This document shows, one piece after another, positions 17,628-25,094 of a stretch of DNA of 32,000 nucleotides (position 1 is its first letter; each line of letters begins with the position of its first letter). Below the pieces are notes generated by a model, which made no database searches, had not been told where the DNA came from, and worked only from the letters and a program-made list of their open reading frames with translations. The stretch is from Microcystis aeruginosa NIES-843. GTDB lineage: Bacteria; Cyanobacteriota; Cyanobacteriia; Cyanobacteriales; Microcystaceae. Location of the stretch: the NCBI RefSeq assembly GCF_000010625.1, contig NC_010296.1:2670001-2702000 (forward strand), written 5' to 3'. The position numbers and the translations under genes are program-made.

Positions 17628-19062
17628 TTAGTGAGAAACAATTAAACCGTTAGAACGACGAATTAACTGAATCTTACTAACAGTTATCTGTCCCAATCGT
17701 TGACCATTGGCATCGCTTACAGATAGCTGTTTTTCGGTATCTCCACTAACATAACCAATTCCTTTGGGAGAAGAAATTAAATCTCCTTTACGGAACCCAT
17801 GTCTTGTGGTAGAGCCACCACATTTACGTCGTTTACCACCTTACAACTATGTCTGCTTCTTCATTGGAGGGGAATATACCGATGATCGAGTGAATATTTG
17901 TCATGAATTTCCTGTTTTTAGTACATAATTAGATTATATCCAACATTCCGCAGGTCAGATTCCACTTCATAAATATCCCTCTTTGGGAGTATCTCATTTA
18001 TGCAAGTGAGTAATTAGGGTTTGCTGAAAAAGTTTTTCTTGGGGGCAGGGTGTGGCCCCCCCAACCCCCCCGACATCGGGGGGGCAGTTGGGGTGTAGGG
18101 TTTTACCGATTTTGAAGGCAGGGAAAAAGTCCCTGAATTTTCCCCCCGATCACTCCCATATCTGGTACTTTTTGATTTACAAAAACTCTAAAAGTCTTAA
18201 CCAACAAGGGTTTTACCATTATTCAGCCAGCCCTAATTATACTTGTCCCTAAAACTGGTTTCTAGCAAGGCTTTCAAAATAGCTTGACATAAAACCTGAT
18301 TTAGGGGTTACAAAGGTGAGATGCTCCCTCCCTCTTAGCAATGCCATCGTTAGCATGACTTTCTGGTGATTGTTTTGCTTTATTTTTGGATTTTTCTAGT
18401 CGCAAATATTTTCTGAGATTAGAGGTTTGCCAACCAAAGCGAGTATGGACTTTTGCCAATTGAGATAGTTGCTCAATCGCCCATTTCTGTCTGACCATAA
18501 CTGGCGAAAAACCTTTTCTAGACTTAGCTCCTTTTCTACTGGAAGTTAGATCAATATCGGTTTTGACATACTCAAAGTAAATGTCAGTAATTGGATAGAT
18601 TTTGGTTAGTTCAGAAACGTCTCGAAGTTCAAGTTGACGATTAGCTCTAATTGAGGGAGCTAATTTTCCTTGTCTTCTATTTGAAAATCGTTTTTGTCGA
18701 TGCGCTCTTAGATTAAAAGAAAGTTGGCGGTTAATCCGTCTTTTTCTACGTCCTCTTCGCATTAAGCAGCGATTGTCTAGGCACTCTCTTACTCGCTTAA
18801 AAGGAAGTTCTAAGTGAGCCTTCCAAAGAGTAAAAAGGGAGGATTGAACACCAATTCCAGAGAATAATTTACCCGGGTCAATGCCAATAGCAATTGGTTG
18901 GGTTTTGCTATCGGAAGGTTCAGTGGTTAGCTGGACATAGAAAATATCTAAGTCGTTGAATTTACCGATAGCTTTTCCTTCCTTAATCCACCGCCTGGCC
19001 CGACTGGGTTTGGTGGGCATTAACGGTTTTCCGTCTTTTGAGATAACAGGAACTCTTGCTAT
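17628..19062 (-). pseudogene. isrB: IsrB (HNH-less IscB-like RuvC nickase), disrupted
   Basis: N-terminal fragment (18301-19062): VPVISKDGKPLMPTKPSRARRWIKEGKA (PLMP domain), IGIDPG (RuvC-I), an RRGRRKRRINR...RFSNRR bridge helix, FEYVK (RuvC-II) and SHANDGIA (RuvC-III). There is no CxxC/HNH segment. C-terminal fragment (17628-17840): ...RHGFRKGDLISSPKGIGYVSG... (TID-like). The two fragments are separated by about 460 bp that includes a MITE. There is no canonical start codon; an ATA at 19062 lies 8 nt after AAGGA. Confidence 0.65.
18011..18240. mobile_element. MITE (TIR ..TTAGGGYTKGCTGAA), copy 1, inside isrB
   Basis: TAATTAGGGTTTGCTGAA (18011-18028) pairs with TTCAGCCAGCCCTAATTA (18222-18239). 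The interior has long G and C homopolymer runs. About 30 bp at each end are shared with 23571-23812 in inverted orientation. Confidence 0.55.
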
Positions 19063-19296
19063 GGAGATAATCCTTAAGAGTGAAGTTAATGTCCCTTACC
19101 GCAACACAATCAAGATGTCTTGTCTAACAACGCTTTACCAATAAAGCTTAGAGAGAATCCGAACTAGGGAAGCATTCGGAAGTCTGTGCCAGATTGTGTC
19201 TCGATGCGGTAGTCTCTACTTGCGTCGCCTAAATTGGTCTAGGCAAGCCCCGTCCCTTTTAGGGCGGGGTTAGTGACGAATCAAATTATCTCAAAC
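19063..19296 (-). ncRNA. Putative IsrB omega-RNA (guide from the RE flank, scaffold between RE and the isrB start)
   Basis: About 210 nt of non-coding sequence lie between the RE (19280) and the isrB N-terminus, on the isrB strand. It begins with the hairpin CCCCGCCCTAAAAGGGACGGGG. The position matches the established IscB/IsrB architecture. The boundaries are not determined. Confidence 0.35.
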
Positions 19297-19601
19297 CCAG
19301 TCAACGCTTCGACATTTTGTCGGAAAGCGATTAAGGCATGATTAGCTTGATACTCGACGAGACCAGAGAAGATCGCCTCCGAGACTTCCTGCGAGACAAC
19401 GGTTTTGATCTCAATATTGGTGTTATAACCGACCATATCTCCCTGGCGGTTGCCGTGGCGACCTGCGCCCTGGGCTTGCGAGAGGGTATAGCCAGTTACG
19501 CCTAACTCTTGCAGCAGCTTGATCATGCGGTCTTGCAAGACGGTTTCACCAATGATGACAACCAGTACAGCCGGTTTAATGGGTAGGGATGAGGATGACA
19601 T
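19281..19601 (-). CDS. P-II-like (GlnB-superfamily) small signalling protein
   Basis: ATG at 19601, 6 nt after AGGAG. About 106 aa with the pattern ...VVIIGETVLQDRMIKLLQELGVTGYTLSQAQG.GRHG...IEIKTVV... Confidence 0.7.
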   Translation of the reverse strand: MSSSSLPIKPAVLVVIIGETVLQDRMIKLLQELGVTGYTLSQAQGAGRHGNRQGDMVGYNTNIEIKTVVSQEVSEAIFSGLVEYQANHALIAFRQNVEALTGFEII

Positions 19602-19639
19602 GGGCAACTCCTAAAATGGGTTTTTCAAAGACAATACTA

Positions 19640-19972
19640 TTGACATCCTCACCACGCCACTTTTTTTGGATGGTCGCGTCAATGGGGTTGACGCAGATAG
19701 CGAAAAACGCTTAATTGCTTAAGTCTGACACTTTCGACCCGTCCGTTTTCAGTGTCCGAATGCCGGACGGCCACTTTGAACAAGTCGAAAAAATCTCATG
19801 TTCAACCTTATTTCCTAGAAAGTTTTACTCGTTCAAGGCCGAATTTGACTTCTTTTCTGAACGAAACCCCCTACTATCTGTGGTCAGGGTTCAGTTTTTA
19901 GCTTGGTTATCGCTTTTTCCATTGTAGCTTAAAGCCGTCCTCAAAGGACGGGGTTTTCAACCCAAATTTTCG
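19640..19972 (-). mobile_element. Cargo-less IS200/IS605 derivative (PATE-like), 333 bp
   Basis: On the minus strand it starts with the LE-type CGAAAATTTGGGTTGAAAACCCCGTCCTTTGAGGACGGCTTTAAG, directly after ATTAT. It ends with the RE-type GGCGTGGTGAGGATGTCAA. There is no ORF inside. Confidence 0.6.
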
Positions 19973-19999
19973 ATAATAGAATACCTGACTGGGGTACGC

Positions 20000-20848
20000 T
20001 CAAGAGATGGCGATCGCCTCTGTTGTCGGTATCAAAATATTCTCGGAAATCGGCTTGGCATCGGGTAAGTAGTCCATAAAAAGCCTCATCTGATTCATTT
20101 GTACCGGACCAAAAATAGTGGCAAAAGAAACATCGGCTGCATCTCGTCCTGTGCCAACGCGAATTAGCCCGCTCTGAGGCACAAGGCGGGTAGGATCGAA
20201 AAGATACCAGCGACCCCCTAGATAAGCCTCAAACCAGGCATGAAAATCGGGGGGATTTAAACCATAGGCGTAGCCGGAAACAAAGCGTGCCGGAATGTTC
20301 AAAGCTCGACAAAAAGCAATACCTAAATGGGCAAAATCACGGCAAACGCCTACCCTTTCTATCGCTGTATCGCAAGCAGAAGTTAAAGAATCACTGCTAC
20401 CAGAGAGATACAAAACATTGTCATAAATCCAGTTACAGATAGCTGTCACCCTGGAATAACCAGGGACTAAATTGCCAAATTCAGCCGCGACAAAGCGCAA
20501 TAATCGATCTGACTGACAGTAACGACTCGGATAAAGATAGTACAAGATATCGAGGGGTAAATCGGCCGGCTTTACTTCAAAAATCGTACTGGGGTCTGAA
20601 TAATAAGGAGATAAGCCAACGGTTGCTCGATAGGAAATTTGCAAATTGCCAGGAGGGGCATTGAGTCGAAAGTATCGGTTTCCACTGACAGAAGTGATGT
20701 ATTCCTCAATCGACCGTTGAGAGTTAGAATGGAGGTCTTCCTGAACAATAATCTGATGGTTGTTGCTGACAATAGCAACATTAAGAATTAGAGTGCTTGC
20801 TTGCTCAATGCTGTAGGTTAATTCACAGCCAAGCTCATACTTTAGCAT
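20000..20848 (-). CDS. Transglutaminase-like cysteine protease family protein
   Basis: The start MLKYELGCELTY (ATG 20848) overlaps the upstream stop (ATATGCTAA). The catalytic context is GVCRDFAHL...DFHAWFEAYL...FDPT. The listed 21001 start is an overlapping extension. Confidence 0.8.
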   Translation of the reverse strand: MLKYELGCELTYSIEQASTLILNVAIVSNNHQIIVQEDLHSNSQRSIEEYITSVSGNRYFRLNAPPGNLQISYRATVGLSPYYSDPSTIFEVKPADLPLDILYYLYPSRYCQSDRLLRFVAAEFGNLVPGYSRVTAICNWIYDNVLYLSGSSDSLTSACDTAIERVGVCRDFAHLGIAFCRALNIPARFVSGYAYGLNPPDFHAWFEAYLGGRWYLFDPTRLVPQSGLIRVGTGRDAADVSFATIFGPVQMNQMRLFMDYLPDAKPISENILIPTTEAIAIS

Positions 20849-21348
20849 ATCGTTTTTCCCTGTCCTTTCAATACGAGCAGATGCTGGAGCCGAAGCCGAT
20901 TGTAACGCTGCACCCACAAACAAGGCAGGTTGAAGGCTGTTCCTACGGCGAGGTTTACCAGCACACCCCAGCCAGGAGTCCAGAGCATCGTCACTAACCA
21001 AAACAGCCAGATGGCGATGTGAACGTATTCCGCGCGACGGGTTTCAGCCAAAAAACGGGACATTACGGCACAGTCCCCACCGCCAACGGATGTTTTGCGA
21101 AAACCTCCTGGGAAGAAATCCCCTGCTTCTGGCAACCGATCCTTCCATCGCTTGATCCGCAGTACCCGATTGTACCATTGTCTATCTTCCCCCCAGGGTC
21201 GTGGCCGGGTCAGGCAGGTGTCCGTTTCTAGGAATTTCAGGGGAAGTCGATGACCGACAAAACCGATCAAAAGTGACCAGGCTGTCCAACCGACCACACA
21301 AAGCCCGACAATTACCCCATCCGGTAACTGTAGTATAGATAATCTCAT
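20842..21348 (-). CDS. Membrane acyltransferase of the glycosyl-4,4'-diaponeurosporenoate acyltransferase (CrtO-like) family
   Basis: 168 aa with the ETRRAEYVHIAIW and VQRYNRLRL motifs. The ATG directly follows the GT2 stop (TGAATG). Confidence 0.65.
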   Translation of the reverse strand: MRLSILQLPDGVIVGLCVVGWTAWSLLIGFVGHRLPLKFLETDTCLTRPRPWGEDRQWYNRVLRIKRWKDRLPEAGDFFPGGFRKTSVGGGDCAVMSRFLAETRRAEYVHIAIWLFWLVTMLWTPGWGVLVNLAVGTAFNLPCLWVQRYNRLRLQHLLVLKGQGKTIC

Positions 21349-22443
21349 TCATTCACCTTGCCATCGGGTACTTATCCTTCGTCCTTTCCATTCGATTTGA
21401 CCACGTTCGAGATTCAGAATTGCCAGCAGGAACACTGCAATGAAGAAGGCAACCGGAATGGGGAAGAAAAAGACGATTGCTCCGAATGAACCCACTGGCC
21501 ATACAATTATGGCTAACTGTATGGCGAAGGCAAGATAAAGCAGTACGTTATATAGTAAGGATGAATTCCCGACAATCGGCCAGCCGAATAGGGATGCGGG
21601 CAGACACCAAGCCGCCCAGAACAGCCCTGAAAGCCAGAACACAACCGCCAGCATCCGCAGCCAAGAGACTTCCCCTGCTGCCGTTGCAAAGTTTTTGTCG
21701 AAACCAACAACCAAGTCCCGCAGCCCGCCGGGGTACATCCGATAGTCCAGTTGGCCATGACCAATGTAGGCACTTGCTGGCAGTCCCGCACTCTCATAAA
21801 TATGAGCCATGAACCAGTCTTCTACAACATATCCTGCCACAGCGTCGTGGCCGCCGACCCGCTCATAGTCATGCTTGCTGGTAGCCATAGCCGGTCCAAA
21901 AGCCACACCACCTCTTGCTCCCAGTTTGACGGCCATCAAGCCGACGAGATTGAACAGAACCGCTAACAGTTCGTAGGGGCGTTCAGTGCGGTGATAGGGC
22001 TGAACTGAGACCAGACCACCTAAGTGTTGAACAGTTGCCACCAGCCTGCGGAGCAGCTCCTCCCCTGGCTCAGTGTCGGCATCGAGAAAGACGAGAATAT
22101 CGCCAGATGAGGCTGCATATCCGGTTTTGAGTGCCCAGTTTTTCCCTGTCCAACCTGTGGGCAAAGGGCTAGTCTGCACTACTTTCACCCCGGCCTGTTC
22201 GGCGATCTGTGGGGTAGCATCGGCGGACTGGTCATCGATGACAATGATTTCGTAGGGCTTGAATGTTTGCTGCTTTAAGGCTGTTAGCAAATTAGGGAGG
22301 GTACTCTCTTCATTCCTCGCCGGAATCAAGACCGAGACTTTAGGCGAACCGACGACTGAAAGGTCTGGAAGTCGCGGCAACCGCCACATCAATCCCCAGC
22401 CTATTAGCCAGCGCACCACCAGTGTGATGGACATCAGATCCAT
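21349..22443 (-). CDS. Family 2 glycosyltransferase with C-terminal membrane domain (CrtQ-like)
   Basis: Motifs are VSVLIPARNEE, IIVIDDQSAD, WTGKNWA and VFLDADT. The C-terminus has multiple transmembrane segments. Confidence 0.85.
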   Translation of the reverse strand: MDLMSITLVVRWLIGWGLMWRLPRLPDLSVVGSPKVSVLIPARNEESTLPNLLTALKQQTFKPYEIIVIDDQSADATPQIAEQAGVKVVQTSPLPTGWTGKNWALKTGYAASSGDILVFLDADTEPGEELLRRLVATVQHLGGLVSVQPYHRTERPYELLAVLFNLVGLMAVKLGARGGVAFGPAMATSKHDYERVGGHDAVAGYVVEDWFMAHIYESAGLPASAYIGHGQLDYRMYPGGLRDLVVGFDKNFATAAGEVSWLRMLAVVFWLSGLFWAAWCLPASLFGWPIVGNSSLLYNVLLYLAFAIQLAIIVWPVGSFGAIVFFFPIPVAFFIAVFLLAILNLERGQIEWKGRRISTRWQGE

Positions 22444-22478
22444 AATAATTCAACCTTTCCTTCCGTCTAGAACATCAC

Positions 22479-22670
22479 TCACCTACCGATACGAATTCCC
22501 TTGAGAAAACTCAGCAATCCGAACACCTTAAGAATCCACAAAACGAGGGCGATGACAACCACAATGTTCAGGATTTGCTTGATCTTGCTGTCCATCGGAA
22601 TGTAGTTGTTCACGAGCCACAATAGAACCCCAACCACGATGATAACTACCACAAACTGTACCAGATCCAT
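22479..22670 (-). CDS. Small two-TM hydrophobic protein
   Basis: 63 aa: MDLVQFVVVIIVVGVLLWLVNNYIPMDSKIKQILNIVVVIALVLWILKVFG. GGAGG lies upstream. It is the first gene of the GT2 operon. Confidence 0.6.
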   Translation of the reverse strand: MDLVQFVVVIIVVGVLLWLVNNYIPMDSKIKQILNIVVVIALVLWILKVFGLLSFLKGIRIGR

Positions 22671-22906
22671 GACTGACCTCCTTTCTCCGATCTAATGAGT
22701 TTCGTCAAGCATTTTATTCTCTTCATTATTATATATGCTCGTTTATATATGCTCGTTAGGTGGCCAGGGCAATCGCACACAATTCTTGAAGATACGCAAT
22801 AAATCTACAAGATATCCTCATGTAATAGCAATTAGGAGATAAATATTAAATTTTTCAAGTTAGTATACAGAATATTAACTATCTGTTTACAGGTTCGCAC
22901 AAAACA

Positions 22907-23511
22907 ATGTTAACGGACAAATGTTCATCACCAACAGCCCTGATTGAAAAACACGCACTCTAAAAGACCCTAGAGCGTTACACAACATTGAGCATTTGCT
23001 GATAGATATTATTGTGATTACTATCTGTGCAACCATTTGTGGGGCGAACAACTGGGAAGCAGTTGCTGCCTATGGTATAACCAAATATGAATGGCTAAAA
23101 ACTTTTCTAGCTCTGCCTAATGGGATTCCCTCTCATGATACATTGATCCGATTATTTGCCCGTTTAAAATCAGAAGAACTCCAGTCATGCTTTATTAGTT
23201 GGATGCAAGCAGTTCATCAGGTGACCAATGGAGAACTCTTAAATGTGGACGGGAAAACCTGACGAGGGGCAAAAGAACGAGGAAATAACCGCAGTTTAAT
23301 TCCTATGGTAAGTGTCTGGTCAGCCACTAATCATTTGGTACTTGGTCAACGAAAAGTCGCTGAAAAATCCAATGAGATTACTGCTATTCCTGAATTATTG
23401 AAGATTTGAGAAATTCGAGGTTGTTTAGTAAGTATTGATGCCATGGGATGTCAAACGGAAATTGCCTCTACAATTATTGAGCAAGGCGCTGATTATGTAT
23501 TAGCATTGTGA
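22907..23511 (+). pseudogene. ISAs1-family transposase remnant (frameshift, in-frame stops, 3' truncation)
   Basis: Motifs are LKDPRALHNIEHLLIDIIVITICATICGANNW, GIPSHDT, DGKT*RG, KSNEITAIPELL and [19 protein letters not shown]. There are stops at about 23260, 23407 and 23509. Confidence 0.7.
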
Positions 23512-23570
23512 AGCGCTGATCTGCCAAGCATTATACCCTCAGTTATCTTTTGTTATCGTTTGAGTCCCGC

Positions 23571-23812
23571 TAAATAGGGCTTGCTGAATAATGGTAAAAC
23601 CCTTTTAAAATAAGGCTTTTGACCTGTTAAAATCCGATGTTCATGCTGCGAAAATAGGATTGGGACATTCAAAAACCTTGCATTATCCTTCTTGTAGTAC
23701 ATAAACCGGTACAAAAAAAAGAGGGCAACAAAGCCTGAAACGACCGGCTACTGACGACCGACGACCGACTCCTAACCCCACCAACAAACTTTTTCAGCAA
23801 ACCCTAAATAAG
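23571..23812. mobile_element. MITE (TIR ..TAGGGYTTGCTGAA), copy 2, adjacent to the truncated ISAs1
   Basis: TAAATAGGGCTTGCTGAATAATGGTAAAACCC (23571-) pairs with TTTTTCAGCAAACCCTAAATA (-23812). The ends match copy 1 in inverted orientation, but the interior is different. Confidence 0.5.
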
Positions 23813-23870
23813 CAATTCGACTCACCACTACTTCCAGATCGCTACCCCATAGTCTATCCCTTTCCTGGCG

Positions 23871-24407
23871 TTACTGGGTTTTCTGCGTTTGCTCCAGATA
23901 CTTCCGCACACTCTGTCCCATCTGCACCAGATTCGGTTCAATCTTTTTGGCCAGAAGCTCTTCGACTAGGTGAACTAAGCGACTGAGCAAGAAGGGTGGC
24001 ACACTGTGAACTGCGCTGAGGTCAATCCTCACTTCGCCTCGGCTTTCCACCAATGTGCAATTGCCTCGATCCAGAAAGCGGTTCTTGCCAGCGCAAAACA
24101 CCGCCTCTCGGTAGGCATGGGTTTCAATTTGCCAGTCCACAGTAAACTCATTGTTGTCCCAGATATCGTATTCCGTCCAAGTGAACAGTTCTTCACTCAA
24201 AAGTGCCCGAGCAGCGGCTGGGATGTCCCCACCCCCATGCCACTCCAGCACCAGTCGCACCAGTCGCTCCGCTTCCTGGCGAGACTTGAGTTGCAGCGAT
24301 CGCACATTGGGCAGATACGGCCCCAACTCCATCAGCTTGTCCCGATAGGTGGCATAAACCAAGGATCGAGAAAACGACACCTGTGAATCAACGGAAATTT
24401 TGATCAT
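23871..24407 (-). CDS. Hypothetical protein (178 aa), function not recognised
   Basis: A clean ORF in a GC-rich host-like segment. The antisense ORFs overlapping it look like shadows. I recognised no diagnostic motif. Confidence 0.55.
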   Translation of the reverse strand: MIKISVDSQVSFSRSLVYATYRDKLMELGPYLPNVRSLQLKSRQEAERLVRLVLEWHGGGDIPAAARALLSEELFTWTEYDIWDNNEFTVDWQIETHAYREAVFCAGKNRFLDRGNCTLVESRGEVRIDLSAVHSVPPFLLSRLVHLVEELLAKKIEPNLVQMGQSVRKYLEQTQKTQ

Positions 24408-24507
24408 CTTTGGGCTCCAACGGCATGGGGCAAGATATGCAGTTTAACGCGGGTATGAAGTACTTGTACATCTTCAACCCCTATCCGCCCGAATACTCCG
24501 ACCCCGT

Positions 24508-24996
24508 TTAACTCCCCCTTCCACGGCGTTCAAACAACCGTTCGACCTTGGGAATTAAGGATAAGATTCCCAAGGCTAAGAGAGTGCTGAGAATGGCCGT
24601 CGCTTCTCGCCCCATCCCAGCCGCTACGCCGATGGCCGCCGTTAGCCATATGCCCGCCGCCGTGGTCATCCCCTTAGCCTCCTCTTGGTGCCTTCCTATA
24701 ATGATCGATCCGGCCCCAAGGAATCCCACCCCAGCGATCAAGCCCTGCAACACACGAGTTAAATCTGCGATCGATGCCCCAGATTGTTGAGGAATGAGGA
24801 CGAAGAGTGCTGCCCCGAAAGAAACCAGCATATGCGTTCGCAACCCTGCCGCCTTGCCCTTGATCTCCCGATCGTACCCCAGTAGACCACCAAGGATCGC
24901 CGCAAGCAGGAAGCGTAAAATGATGCGGATAATTTGAGCCACATCGGTGATCTCGGAGAATTCCGATAGCACAGTATTCCATATCACTTGCCACAC
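24508..24996 (-). CDS. MgtC/SapB-family membrane protein
   Basis: GTG at 24996, 8 nt after AAGGAGG. Motifs are GYDREIKGKAAGLRTHMLV, GVGFLGAGSII and GMTTAAGIWLTAAIGVAAG. Confidence 0.8.
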   Translation of the reverse strand: MWQVIWNTVLSEFSEITDVAQIIRIILRFLLAAILGGLLGYDREIKGKAAGLRTHMLVSFGAALFVLIPQQSGASIADLTRVLQGLIAGVGFLGAGSIIIGRHQEEAKGMTTAAGIWLTAAIGVAAGMGREATAILSTLLALGILSLIPKVERLFERRGRGS

Positions 24997-25094
24997 ACCC
25001 GTAGTCCCTCCTTACTTTGGCTGTACTTCATTCTACAAAGTTGGCTGTAATTTCTTTATTGATGTCCGATCGTTCTACCGATAGATTGCATCAT

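Larger units (their letters stand above)
17569..19280 (+). mobile_element. IS200/IS605-family element carrying IsrB (cargo on the opposite strand)
   Basis: The left end CGAAAAACTGGGTCTGAAACCCCGCCCTTTAGCGATAGCGGAGGGCGGCTTTAC lies directly after TTCAT. The right end GGTCTAGGCAAGCCCCGTCCCTTTTAGGGCGGGGTTAGTGACGAA is alignable with the TnpB-element RE. Confidence 0.65.

Noticed and set aside
18052-18252. A 66-aa plus-strand ORF (MAPPTPPTSGGQLG...).
   Set aside because: It lies entirely within the MITE, and its Pro/Gly content simply reflects the C and G homopolymer runs.
22730-22757. An exact 14-bp tandem duplication (TATATATGCTCGTT x2), 60-90 bp upstream of the small membrane protein gene.
   Set aside because: It could duplicate a -10-like TATATA box, but it is a single short duplication in an AT-rich intergenic region. 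There is too little evidence for a functional call.
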